43,511 nt of DNA from a virus: positions 1 to 43,511 of the IMG/VR virus record IMGVR_UViG_3300043178_000071, one strand, 5' to 3'. The notes beneath the pieces are model-generated. The model had not been told where the DNA came from. It made no database searches and saw only the letters and a program-made list of their open reading frames with translations. Shown here in pieces: positions 14,466-23,287 of the stretch (the stretch's first letter is position 1; every line of letters begins with the position of its first letter). Position numbers and translations under genes: made by a program.

Positions 14466-15586
14466 CCCATCCGGATGGGGTGACGGCAGAGGCGGTCGCG
14501 GACGCCGTGGCCTGTCTGCAGTCCGGTGCGCATACGATGGGCGCCCGGGTCGAAGCCTTCGAACAGGCGATCGCGGCGGCGGTGAACGCGCGGCACGCGA
14601 TCATGGTCAACAGCGGCTCGAGCGCCAACCTGCTGGCGGTCGAAGCACTCGTGGCGCCGTCATCCGGGCGGGGCGTGTGGCGGGCGGGTGACCGCATTGC
14701 CGTGCCCGCGCTCTGCTGGCCGACGAGCGTGTGGCCGCTGGTGCAGCGGGGCCTCGTTCCCGTGTTTGTCGACATCGAACCGCACACGTTGGGGATTGAC
14801 GCGGACCAGGTGCCCACGTCGATTGCGGGGGTGGTGCTCATTCATGTCATGGGTTGTCCCGCGCAGGCCACACTGCCGTTGCTACGCCGCGGCCTGTTGA
14901 TGCTCGAAGACACCTGCGAATCGTTCGGGGCACGGCTGGCGGGGCAGGCGTGCGGCACCTTCGGTGTCATCGGCACGTATTCACACTACCTGGCCCATCA
15001 GGTGACCAGCATCGAAGGCGGCACGGTCATCGCGAATGCGGATAGCGTGGCGGATGATGTCCGGTCGATGCGGTCGCACGGTTGGACCCGCCAGCGGCAG
15101 GACCGGCAGGACGAGGGGCGCTGGTCGTTCGTGACGACCGGCTACAACGTGCGGCCGGTGGAAGTCACGGCGGCGGTTGGTCTCGCGGAACTGCGGGGGT
15201 TCGAAGCCGTGCGGATTGGCCGTCGGATGCGCGCGGCCCAGATGCGGCGCTGGTTGGCGGCGGCGGGATTGACGGTGCCGTTTCCCGAGGATGACGGTGT
15301 GTCGTCCACGGGGTATCGGCAGAGCCTGATGTATGTGCCAGTACTGGCCTCGTCGGCGGCGCATCAGGCCGCGGCGGTGGCGCATCTGACGGCGTGTGGC
15401 GTCGAGACGCGCCCGATTCTCACCGGCAATTTCCTCGCGCAGCCCGTCATGCGGCAGGCCGGATATGACCCGACGCGGTATCCGGTGACGAATGACGTCG
15501 CGGCGCGGGGCTTTCTGCTCGGGTGTCACCCGGCGACGGATGGGGCGGTGTTGGAGGAGGCGCTCAGCCGTGTCCCTGTGGCCTGA
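14444..15586 (+). CDS. DegT/DnrJ/EryC1-fold PLP-dependent sugar-modifying enzyme (aminotransferase, or ColD-like 3-dehydratase)
   Basis: GARVEAFEQAIA...IMVNSGSSANLLAVEAL...GDRIAVPALCWPTSVWPLVQRGLVPVFVDIEPHTLGID is family-typical. The conserved Lys position reads His in YSHYLAHQVTSIEGG. Confidence 0.8.
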   Translation: MAWRYPLTHPDGVTAEAVADAVACLQSGAHTMGARVEAFEQAIAAAVNARHAIMVNSGSSANLLAVEALVAPSSGRGVWRAGDRIAVPALCWPTSVWPLVQRGLVPVFVDIEPHTLGIDADQVPTSIAGVVLIHVMGCPAQATLPLLRRGLLMLEDTCESFGARLAGQACGTFGVIGTYSHYLAHQVTSIEGGTVIANADSVADDVRSMRSHGWTRQRQDRQDEGRWSFVTTGYNVRPVEVTAAVGLAELRGFEAVRIGRRMRAAQMRRWLAAAGLTVPFPEDDGVSSTGYRQSLMYVPVLASSAAHQAAAVAHLTACGVETRPILTGNFLAQPVMRQAGYDPTRYPVTNDVAARGFLLGCHPATDGAVLEEALSRVPVA

Positions 15587-15704
15587 TGCCGTGCTCGTGC
15601 TCGGATGGTCGCCGGGAGACCTGGTCGTGGCGGCGGTGACGGGCGCACTGGTGGCCTGCGGCCTCGGCGTCCTGGCGGACGGGGTACGGGGGTCGCGACG
15701 GTGA
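15570..15704 (+). CDS. Possible 44-aa membrane peptide
   Basis: GTG start with a hydrophobic core VVAAVTGALVACGLGVLA. The stop overlaps the next GTG. Confidence 0.25.
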   Translation: MSLWPDAVLVLGWSPGDLVVAAVTGALVACGLGVLADGVRGSRR

Positions 15705-16648
15705 TCGGGCCTTATGATGCCATCGTGTCGTATCACACGGACACGCAGGCCTGCGGGACGGCGAAGTTTAACGCTCTGCTCGCGGCGCGGCTCGGCGTGC
15801 CTGTGGTGACGCTGGCAGAGGCGCGCGCGTGTCAGTGTCCGCTCTACTCGATACGCGGCGAGGAAATGGCTGCGGACGGCGTGCGCCGCGTGGACCCGAT
15901 CGCGCCCACCTTCGGTGTGTTCGTGCATGATTGGGTTGAGGGGCTGACCGACCGCCTCGTTCACGCGGCGACCACAGTGTATGCGGCGAACGCGACCTTG
16001 ATGCGTCGCGCCAGCCATCTGCGCGCGGACGTGGTGCCCGTCTGGTGCCCGTCCACCATTACGCCGACGCATCTCGACCAGGCTCCGCGAGCGATTCTCA
16101 CCTTCGGCATGCTGCATAAGTTCGACGCGGACCGGTATCGGCGGTTGAAAGACCTCCTTGATGCGGATGGGGATCCCTACGAGCTGCTCGTGTCGTATTC
16201 GGTCCACCACGGCCAGCCCGCCGACGAGCGGCAACTGATCGAACAATTCGAAGATGTGTTCGGGAGCGGCTATCACGATGCCGGTCGCGCGCGCGTGACC
16301 GTGCTGGGGCAACTTTCGGACACGGCGTTGATCCGCGAACTCCCGCGCGTCGTGGCGGTGGCCGTGTTCTACGATCCGGCCGTGCGCGCCAACAATACGA
16401 CGGCGTGGATGGCGCTCGAGTGGGGGCGGTGTCTCATCACGAATCTGGACGCCGACTCCCCTGCGGCGTTCGTGCATGGCACAACGGTGTATGACGTGAA
16501 CCGCCTCGATGTCTGGCCGACCGATAAGGCACGGGTGGCGCAGGCGGCGCGACGGGTGGCGGCGGACCATTCGTGGGATCGCCTCGTGGAACGGCTATGT
16601 ATCGCAACGGCATCGGCGGCGGCCATAGCAGCAGTCGGGCCCCGGTAG
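15701..16648 (+). CDS. GT-B (GT1/GT4-like) glycosyltransferase candidate
   Basis: PRAILTFGMLHKFDADRYRRLKDLL...YELLVSY and VTVLGQLSD..VAVAVFYDPAVRANNTTAWMALEWGRCLITN resemble the C-terminal domain layout of GT4 enzymes. The match is weak. Confidence 0.45.
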   Translation: MIGPYDAIVSYHTDTQACGTAKFNALLAARLGVPVVTLAEARACQCPLYSIRGEEMAADGVRRVDPIAPTFGVFVHDWVEGLTDRLVHAATTVYAANATLMRRASHLRADVVPVWCPSTITPTHLDQAPRAILTFGMLHKFDADRYRRLKDLLDADGDPYELLVSYSVHHGQPADERQLIEQFEDVFGSGYHDAGRARVTVLGQLSDTALIRELPRVVAVAVFYDPAVRANNTTAWMALEWGRCLITNLDADSPAAFVHGTTVYDVNRLDVWPTDKARVAQAARRVAADHSWDRLVERLCIATASAAAIAAVGPR

Positions 16649-16719
16649 GGGCGGACGCGATTGACGACGGCTTGGGCGAGTGGTGTCGCGGCGATCTGTG
16701 TGTCGGATTTTTCAAAGAG

Positions 16720-17232
16720 ATGTGGTATGCGGGCCGGATTCCTATTCCATTCGGGGCGCGGATCCTCGAAATCGGCGCGGCCGAAGTGGACTGGTCGGCC
16801 CCGTTCAAGGCCCGTCGGCCGGACGTGCAGATCACGGCCCTCGATCAGCGCTTCGTCGAGCGGCCCGCGGCGGATGTCTGGTTGCAGAAGGATTTGCTCG
16901 TCGCGGGACCGGAGCTATTTCCGCGCCAGAGTTTCGATGTCGTGGTCGCCATCAGCGTGATCGAACACGTCGGCATCGGTCGCTACGGGGACCACGTCGA
17001 CCCGGACGGCGATATCACCGTAATGCAATACCTCAAGCGATGGTTGCGCCCGGACGGGGTGATGTATCTCGATGTGCCCTATCGGCCGGACGGCCCTTCG
17101 ACGCCGTTCCGCGCCTACAACGAGGCGGACCTCCAGCAGCGGGTAATTCAGGACTGGCGCGTCATCGACCGGCAGTTTTTCACGTCCACGCATCCCGACG
17201 GGCCCTATATCGCGCTGGTGCTCAGGCCGTAG
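16720..17232 (+). CDS. Class I SAM-dependent methyltransferase-like protein
   Basis: ARILEIGAAE (motif I-like) and FDVVVAISVIEHVG...LKRWLRPDGVMYLDVP are present. The start is uncertain (TTG 16672, ATG 16597 or ATG 16720). Confidence 0.5.
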   Translation: MWYAGRIPIPFGARILEIGAAEVDWSAPFKARRPDVQITALDQRFVERPAADVWLQKDLLVAGPELFPRQSFDVVVAISVIEHVGIGRYGDHVDPDGDITVMQYLKRWLRPDGVMYLDVPYRPDGPSTPFRAYNEADLQQRVIQDWRVIDRQFFTSTHPDGPYIALVLRP

Positions 17233-17234
17233 GC

Positions 17235-18140
17235 ATGCGCGAACTCGTCATTGACCATCGACGGATTGCCGACGACACGCCAGGCTATGTGATTGCCGAA
17301 CTCGGCAACAATCACGGCGGGTCGCTCGACCAGGCGCGCGCGCTGCTGCAGATGGCGGCCGAGGCCGGCGTCGATGCTGTCAAGTTCCAGAAGCGGGAGA
17401 CCGACCGCCTCTATACGTCGGCGCTCCTCGCCGCGCCGTATGACCATGAACACAGCTACGGGCCGACGTATGGGGCGCACCGGCGGGCGCTTGAGCTGTC
17501 CGAAGCCGACCTTGCGTGCCTCTTCGATGAGGCCATCGACCACGGGGTCACCTGCTTCGCCACGGCCTTTGATGAATGGTCCGTGGATGCCCTGATGCGG
17601 ATCGGCGTGCCCGCGATCAAGATTCACTCCGGTGGCATTGCCGATATCCCGCTCTTGACGCACGCGGCTCACCAGGGTGTGCCGCTGATTGTCTCGACGG
17701 GCGGGGCGTCGCTGGACACGATTGACCGCGCGCACGGCCTGCTGGCGGACGCGGGCGCGCCCCATGCGCTCTTGCATTGCACGGCGGCCTATCCGCTGAA
17801 GCCGGCGCAGGCGAATCTGCGGGTGATTGAGACGCTCCGCGCGCGGTATCCTGACACGGTGATCGGCTTTTCGTCGCACGCGACCGGGATCGCGTGGTCG
17901 CTGGTCGCCGCGGCCTTGGGCGCGCGTATCCTTGAACATCATGTGACGCTGGACCGCGGGGGCAAGGGCACGGACCACGGGTTCTCGCTCGAACCGAAAG
18001 GGCTGCGCACGCTCGTGGATGATCTGGCGAAGCTCCACACAGCCCTCGGGGACGGGGTGAAGCGCGTCTATGCGAGCGAAGCGGCGCCGCTCGCCAAGAT
18101 GACGCGGCGCGAGACGCCGGAAGGATGGAAGATTGGCTGA
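17235..18140 (+). CDS. neuB: NeuB-family nonulosonic acid synthase (sialic/legionaminic/pseudaminic acid synthase type), without a SAF domain
   Basis: The peptide contains YVIAELGNNHGGSLDQARALLQMAAEAGVDAVKFQKR and ..IKIHSGGIADIPLL..PLIVSTG..LLHCTAAYP..NLRVI..L. At 301 aa it ends before the usual C-terminal SAF domain. Confidence 0.85.
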   Translation: MRELVIDHRRIADDTPGYVIAELGNNHGGSLDQARALLQMAAEAGVDAVKFQKRETDRLYTSALLAAPYDHEHSYGPTYGAHRRALELSEADLACLFDEAIDHGVTCFATAFDEWSVDALMRIGVPAIKIHSGGIADIPLLTHAAHQGVPLIVSTGGASLDTIDRAHGLLADAGAPHALLHCTAAYPLKPAQANLRVIETLRARYPDTVIGFSSHATGIAWSLVAAALGARILEHHVTLDRGGKGTDHGFSLEPKGLRTLVDDLAKLHTALGDGVKRVYASEAAPLAKMTRRETPEGWKIG

Positions 18141-18558
18141 GCACGACATCCCGATTGCCCCCTACGCGCCGCAGGTGCTCGCGCGACCGTGGGGCGAAGA
18201 AATCTTTATCGCCCAAACGCCGCGCTATCTCGGCAAGCTCCTGCAGATGCGCGCGGGCACGGCGGGCGGCCTGCAATACCATGTTGAGAAGGACGAGACG
18301 TTTTACCTGCTGTCCGGGTCGGCTCTCGTGGACTCGGTGATTGGGGGCACACTGGTGCGGCAGCCAATGGGCGCCGGGCAGGCCTTTCACATTCCGCCGG
18401 GGGCGGTGCATCGGGTGACCGCCGTCACCGACTGTGTGTTTGTGGAAACCTCGACTCCCCACTATGACGATCGTGTCCGCGTCGAAGCCGCGTTCGGGGA
18501 GCCAGACACCGGGGGCTTGCCCACGACATGGCCAACGACTGGCGCGCCGTCGCGCTGA
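18133..18558 (+). CDS. Cupin-fold protein (mannose-6-phosphate isomerase type II C-terminal-like)
   Basis: RPWGEEIFIAQTPRYLGKLLQMRAGTAGGLQYHVEKDETFYLLSGSA..HIPPGAVHR. The TTG start overlaps the neuB stop. Confidence 0.6.
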   Translation: MAEHDIPIAPYAPQVLARPWGEEIFIAQTPRYLGKLLQMRAGTAGGLQYHVEKDETFYLLSGSALVDSVIGGTLVRQPMGAGQAFHIPPGAVHRVTAVTDCVFVETSTPHYDDRVRVEAAFGEPDTGGLPTTWPTTGAPSR

Positions 18559-19265
18559 TTCCCGCGCGCGGCGGGTCGCAACGCTGCCCCGGGAAGAATC
18601 TGCGGCGGCTCAATGGTCATCCGCTGGTCGCGCACGCGATCGCGGCCGCCCAGCAATCGGGCCTGTTTGCGGGGGTGTATGTGTCGTCCGAGGATGAGGA
18701 CACCTTGCGCGTGGCGAGCGCTTATGGCGCGACGGCGCTCGCGCGGGCGGCCGACTTGGCCCGCCACGACACGCCGGACTATCCCTGGGTCCGCGACGTG
18801 ATCGTCCGCCTCCACCCGCGCCCGCACATCTTTGCCATTGTGCGCCCGACGAATCCGTTCCGCACGGGCGCGACGATGCGGCGCGCGTGGCGCATCTTCC
18901 GTGAACCGGACGCGACCTGTGACAGCGTGCGGGCCGTGCAGCCCGTGACCGAACATCCCGGGAAGATGTGGACGTGGGCGGGGCCGGGGTATCCCCTACG
19001 GCCCTATGTGGACCGGACCCATCCGGATGGAACGCCGTGGCATTCGTCCCCCACGCAAGCGCTCCCACCAGTCTACGTCCAGAATGCGGCCCTGGACCTC
19101 GCGTGGTCCGCGAACGTGTTCGAGCACGGCACCATTGCCGGGCGGAAAGTGGCGCCGTTGTTCACCGAAGGACTGGAAGGCGTGAACATTGACACCGAGG
19201 AGGATTGGGAGCGGGCCGTGCGCCTGGCGGCGGCGCATCCGGAGGCGTTGTGTCTGACCTCGTGA
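18528..19265 (+). CDS. neuA: NeuA-type acylneuraminate (CMP-nonulosonate) cytidylyltransferase
   Basis: AVALIPARGGSQRCPGKNLRRLNGHPLVAHAIAAAQQSGLFAGVYVSSEDE matches the IPARxGSKxxxxKN..L.G.PL family signature. Confidence 0.8.
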   Translation: MANDWRAVALIPARGGSQRCPGKNLRRLNGHPLVAHAIAAAQQSGLFAGVYVSSEDEDTLRVASAYGATALARAADLARHDTPDYPWVRDVIVRLHPRPHIFAIVRPTNPFRTGATMRRAWRIFREPDATCDSVRAVQPVTEHPGKMWTWAGPGYPLRPYVDRTHPDGTPWHSSPTQALPPVYVQNAALDLAWSANVFEHGTIAGRKVAPLFTEGLEGVNIDTEEDWERAVRLAAAHPEALCLTS

Positions 19266-20389
19266 TTCCGAGGATTCCGATGGACCCGCCCTCGAGCGGC
19301 GCGGCCGCGCCCGCGGTCTCGGCGGCGCCGCCGGGGCCCACGCCGTGGCCGCGGGTCGTGCGTCTCCGGCGGGCGCTGTGGCCGGCCTATGCGCGGTCTC
19401 TCGCGTCGACGTCGGCACCAATTCTTGTCGGCCCCTGGCGGGGCGAACTCGGCTATGAAGCCTTCTACTGGCAACCGTGGATCGCGCAGTGGATGAAGCG
19501 GTGGCGGATTGATCCCGCGCGGGTCATTCCGATCGCGCGGGGCGGGACGGGAGTCCTCTATGGCTGTCCGCGAGGGGTAGAACTCTACGGTCTGCGGACG
19601 CCAGACGAAGTCGCGGTTCAGGTGCGCCTGGACCAGCGGCGCACGGGCTGGGCGAAGCAGTTGACGGTCACGCCGTTTGATCGGCAGGTGCTGCGGGATG
19701 TGGCCCGGACGCTTGGCCTCCGGCGGTATCGCGTCCTGCATCCCGCGTGGATGTATGCGGACCTGGAGCCGTTCATTCAGACCGAACGGGGGCTGCGCTG
19801 GGTGCTGCGCCGGATGGACCTTGGCCGGGTGGCGCCGCCCCCGCTCCCGGACGGGCTGACACTGCCCGAACCGTATGTGGCCGTGCGCTTCTATGCGCGG
19901 GCGACCTATCCGGTCCTGCCGGTGACGACCGATTTCGCGCGCGAAGCTATTCGGCAGATGGCCCGGCAGTTTCACGTTGTCATCCTCAATGCGGACAGTC
20001 CTGACGAGCATGTCGACTACCACCCAGAACGGTCGGATCGGGTCATTTATCTGTCGGACCGCGTGCGCCTGACGCCAGACACGGTGCTTGGCACGCAGGC
20101 GGCCGTGATGGCGCGGGCGCTGGGATTCGTCGGGACCTATGGCGGGCTGGCCCATCTTGCCCTTCGCCTCGGCACACCCTCGATCGGGTTCTATTGGGAC
20201 TGGCATGGCACCACGCCAGCTAACCGGCATCTGACGGCGCATCTGTCACTGGTTTCTGGGCAACCCGGTCTCGTCATGGGGCTCGCGGATCTGGCCGTGC
20301 TACAACAAGTGGTGCCCGTGTTGCAATTACGGATGAAATCTGCTAGCGTCGGTTCGTCGTCGGTGGTCGCCGCGCCGACGACGCCATAA
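19262..20389 (+). CDS. Hypothetical 376-aa protein, possible GT-B-fold (GT9-like) glycosyltransferase
   Basis: It is the last gene of the sugar module, starting with a GTGA overlap. ILVGPWRGELGYEAFYWQPW and FVGTYGGLAHLALRLGTPSIGFY resemble GT9-type donor-site motifs, weakly. Confidence 0.4.
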   Translation: MIPRIPMDPPSSGAAAPAVSAAPPGPTPWPRVVRLRRALWPAYARSLASTSAPILVGPWRGELGYEAFYWQPWIAQWMKRWRIDPARVIPIARGGTGVLYGCPRGVELYGLRTPDEVAVQVRLDQRRTGWAKQLTVTPFDRQVLRDVARTLGLRRYRVLHPAWMYADLEPFIQTERGLRWVLRRMDLGRVAPPPLPDGLTLPEPYVAVRFYARATYPVLPVTTDFAREAIRQMARQFHVVILNADSPDEHVDYHPERSDRVIYLSDRVRLTPDTVLGTQAAVMARALGFVGTYGGLAHLALRLGTPSIGFYWDWHGTTPANRHLTAHLSLVSGQPGLVMGLADLAVLQQVVPVLQLRMKSASVGSSSVVAAPTTP

Positions 20390-20413
20390 CGCGCACGGGC
20401 GTTGTGTCGACGC

Positions 20414-20439
20414 CGGCGGGAGTCCTCCCTCTCCCGCCG
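20414..20439 (+). terminator. Hairpin CGGCGGGAG-(8 nt)-CTCCCGCCG after the sugar module
   Basis: A perfect 9-bp stem lies 25 nt after the stop at 20389. There is no U-tract. Confidence 0.4.
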
Positions 20440-20463
20440 TAGTCGTATCCGTCGCAGGGACGG

Positions 20464-20486
20464 GCCGGGTCGCCGCCGGCATTTTC
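20464..20486 (+). terminator. Hairpin GCCGG-(7 nt)-CCGGC followed by ATTTTC
   Basis: A 5-bp GC stem plus a short T-run. Confidence 0.3.
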
Positions 20487-20640
20487 ACCGGGCGTTCGTC
20501 TCGCGGGTCGCCACCGCGTCGATCTGGGCGTGATTCGGGTTCGGCTGGTGAACGGAAGACCAGCGGGACCGGCTTCGCATCTTCCTCCAACACCACGGTA
20601 GTGCTCGGGTGGCCTGTCGCCAGCCGAGGGGAGATCACGC

Positions 20641-21201
20641 ATGGCCCAGATTACCCTGTCGTCAGGGTCCTACTGCCGGCCGTATCGGAGTCCGTGGGGG
20701 AGCTTCCCCACCCGCGGGATGCCGATTTCGACCGGCGTGTCAACCACGACCATTCACGTCGGCGGGCTGGTCAAACTGGATGACCGCACATCGACCTGTC
20801 AACACCGGATCTTTCAGTCCACCGGCGCGGCGGCCATCATTGCGGAAGACCTCATCGTCGGCATTGCCGCGGAACGCATCAGCGGCTCGACGGCGACGGT
20901 CGACACGACCATTCCCGTGTGGGAAGCGAATCCCCATGTGGAGTTCCGCGCGGCGACCAAGGGCGCGGCCCTCGCCGGCAGCAACGTCGGATCGGCCTTT
21001 TCGCTCGGCTGGGACTCGACGCTGAATATTGTCTACGTGGACCTGGCTGATTCCACGGCGACGAATCAGCGGGTCGTCGTCACGGAACTGTTGGGCTCGG
21101 TTGGCGATTCCAACGCCGATGTCGCGTTCAAGTTCCTCGCCACCGATCGCGCGAGCACCAACAACAGTTCGATCGCGTACCTCGCGTTCTACAGCCGTTA
21201 A
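20641..21201 (+). CDS. Structural protein upstream of the capsid gene (possible decoration/accessory head protein)
   Basis: GGGGAG lies upstream of the ATG. The 186-aa protein is Ser/Thr/Ala-rich and immediately precedes the MCP. Confidence 0.5.
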   Translation: MAQITLSSGSYCRPYRSPWGSFPTRGMPISTGVSTTTIHVGGLVKLDDRTSTCQHRIFQSTGAAAIIAEDLIVGIAAERISGSTATVDTTIPVWEANPHVEFRAATKGAALAGSNVGSAFSLGWDSTLNIVYVDLADSTATNQRVVVTELLGSVGDSNADVAFKFLATDRASTNNSSIAYLAFYSR

Positions 21202-21213
21202 AGGAGACTTTCA

Positions 21214-22134
21214 ATGGCCCAGACACGAGGCACGTTTGACGCGCTGTACGACAATGTTGACAAGACCGTCGCCGGGATCATGAAGGCGCAGCTCGATGAG
21301 CTGCCCCGGATTTACCCGTCGATCTACAACATCAAGACCTCGGATCGGAAGTTCGAGCGGGTGGTCACCTATGTGCCGTTCTCGCAGACGGCCACGAAGC
21401 CGGAAGGCCAGCCGTATGCCTTCGAGAACATCCGGCAGGGGTTCACCAAGGACTTCACGCATACCGAGAATGGGCTCGGGTTCGAGGTAACCCAGACGGC
21501 CCTCGAGGACGATCCCGAGAACCTGCTGACGAAGGCCGGCCAGTGGCTGGCGTTCTCGGCCCGGTATCTGGAGGAACAGCGGGCGGCGAATCCGTTCAAC
21601 AACGGGTTCGGCAGCGAAACCACGCCGGATGGGGTGTCGCTGTTCAACACCGCGCATCTGCTGGCTGGCGGGGGCACGGCCCGCAACACGCTGGCGACCG
21701 CGGCCGACTTGTCGGCCACGTCCCTGACCACGGCGTTGATTGACCTCCAGACCCAGACGGTCGATGAAGCGGGGCATCTTGCCGCGCCGCTGAAGTCGAT
21801 CATTCTCTACGTGCCCCCGGCGCTGGAGTTCCTGGCGCACCGGCTCGTCAAGAGCGAACTGATGCCGGGATCGGCGGACAATGACCTGAACACGATCCGC
21901 ACACAGCGGACGTGGCGGGTGGTCGTCAATCCGCACCTGTCGGATAGCGACGCGTGGTTCCTCGTGTCGGGCACCAAGTCCATGCATGCCCTGACGTTCT
22001 ACCGGCGCACGCCGATCACGCTCGAACCGATGGACAAGGACGCGCGGACGGGGAATCGCATCTGGAAAGTGCGACACCGGTTCAGCGTCGGCGCGTGGGC
22101 GTGGCAGAACACCTACGGGTCGCCGGGCGCGTAG
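21214..22134 (+). CDS. Major capsid protein (HK97-fold type expected)
   Basis: It has the strongest SD in the window (AAAGGAG). At 306 aa it is followed by a strong hairpin, and its position and size are typical for an MCP. Confidence 0.8.
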   Translation: MAQTRGTFDALYDNVDKTVAGIMKAQLDELPRIYPSIYNIKTSDRKFERVVTYVPFSQTATKPEGQPYAFENIRQGFTKDFTHTENGLGFEVTQTALEDDPENLLTKAGQWLAFSARYLEEQRAANPFNNGFGSETTPDGVSLFNTAHLLAGGGTARNTLATAADLSATSLTTALIDLQTQTVDEAGHLAAPLKSIILYVPPALEFLAHRLVKSELMPGSADNDLNTIRTQRTWRVVVNPHLSDSDAWFLVSGTKSMHALTFYRRTPITLEPMDKDARTGNRIWKVRHRFSVGAWAWQNTYGSPGA

Positions 22135-22147
22135 GACGGCGCAGAAC

Positions 22148-22206
22148 GGGGTCGGGGTGCCTTCGGGTGGCCGCTCGCGTCACGGCTGCCCCGACCCACT
22201 TCTTGT
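22148..22206 (+). terminator. Compound stem-loop after the capsid gene (GGGTCGGGG...CCCCGACCC) followed by ACTTCTT
   Basis: A 9-bp outer stem (22149..22157 with 22189..22197) encloses a CC-UUCG-GG and a GCCG/CGGC hairpin. Confidence 0.5.
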
Positions 22207-22223
22207 GACGCGGAGACACGTTC

Positions 22224-22673
22224 ATGGGCAAGACAGCATTCTCGGGACCTCTCTATGGAGCGAAGTCCCTGCTCTGGCACGCGCATCGCGACAACCAACT
22301 GCCGGCCGCCAATGACACGACCACGGTGACCGTCGCATCGATCCGGGTCCCGGCCTACGAACAGTGGCTCATCACCGAGTTCAAGGGGTTTCGGGGCTCG
22401 TCCGGGTCCACGGGCGTGACGACGACGTGGAACCTGACCGATGACTCGGCGGTGATCGCGTCACTGGCCACGACCTCAAGCGCGGCGGGCGTGATGTTGT
22501 CGACGACACCGACGCCAACAGCCGGGGAATACGAGGGCGTACTGGTGGACGCCAATTCGACGCTGGCCTGGACGATCGGGCACGGCGGGTCCTCGGCGGC
22601 CGTGTCGAGCGATGTCAGCATGTGGGCCTACGGCTATATCCGGTTCCTGAGTTCGACGCGAGCGGAAGCCTAA
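22224..22673 (+). CDS. Hypothetical virion protein (149 aa, Ser/Thr-rich)
   Basis: An ORF with good codon bias in the structural block. Confidence 0.6.
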   Translation: MGKTAFSGPLYGAKSLLWHAHRDNQLPAANDTTTVTVASIRVPAYEQWLITEFKGFRGSSGSTGVTTTWNLTDDSAVIASLATTSSAAGVMLSTTPTPTAGEYEGVLVDANSTLAWTIGHGGSSAAVSSDVSMWAYGYIRFLSSTRAEA

Positions 22674-22685
22674 CGGTGGAGGGCC

Positions 22686-23111
22686 ATGGCGATGTCCTGG
22701 TTTGACTGGGGCGACAAGCCCATTACCTCCTATGACGCCTTCTCGTCGGGGGCGGGGTCGGCGGTCATCTCCAACCCCGCGTCGACGACGCTCTTGGCCG
22801 AGATTGACTCCACCAAGTTACATGCGGGGCTCTATCCGGGCAGTCCGTCGACGACGGCGCACCGGACGTTTCAGGTGACGTGGAAGGTCGGCGCGTCGTC
22901 CAACGGGTCGTTTCTGCTCGAAGCCGCGCCGTCCACGGCGCTTGGATCGACGGCGGTGCGCCGGCGGGTGATCGTGTTTTCGCCGCCCAATCAGACGGCG
23001 CAGTATACCGATTATTGGACCCTGCAGGCGGGCGACCGCCTGCGGGTGCTCGTCGCGTCCACGTTCACCGGCAATACGTTCGCCGAAATTAGCTGTGTGC
23101 CGTTGACCTAA
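22686..23111 (+). CDS. Hypothetical virion protein (141 aa)
   Basis: An ORF with good codon bias in the structural block. Confidence 0.6.
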   Translation: MAMSWFDWGDKPITSYDAFSSGAGSAVISNPASTTLLAEIDSTKLHAGLYPGSPSTTAHRTFQVTWKVGASSNGSFLLEAAPSTALGSTAVRRRVIVFSPPNQTAQYTDYWTLQAGDRLRVLVASTFTGNTFAEISCVPLT

Positions 23112-23116
23112 CGTAC

Positions 23117-23287
23117 ATGGCCCTGCCATGGACCACCAATCGGCAATTCGTCGCGCCCGCCGCGGCGAATGGGGTCAGCGTCACGCCGAGTTCGGTCGCG
23201 TTCGACAACTCGGCGTGGGTCGACGTGCCGTCATCGGTCGCCGTCTGGGGACGCCGCGCCGACCCGACGATCAGTGGAGGCTGTTGA
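23117..23287 (+). CDS. Possible 56-aa ORF
   Basis: It runs from ATG 23117 to a stop directly abutting ATG 23288. It is below the track cutoff. Confidence 0.35.
   Translation: MALPWTTNRQFVAPAAANGVSVTPSSVAFDNSAWVDVPSSVAVWGRRADPTISGGC

Noticed and set aside
14981-16570. Very long antisense ORFs. They are 529 aa here, and also at 17205..18149, 19073..20242, 21211..22077, 31667..32671, 9724..10467 and 115..1167 on the minus strand.
   Set aside because: They are Arg/Pro/His-rich shadow ORFs opposite well-supported + strand genes (DegT-fold enzyme, NeuB, MCP and others). This is typical of high-GC DNA. None has a motif or a coupled start.
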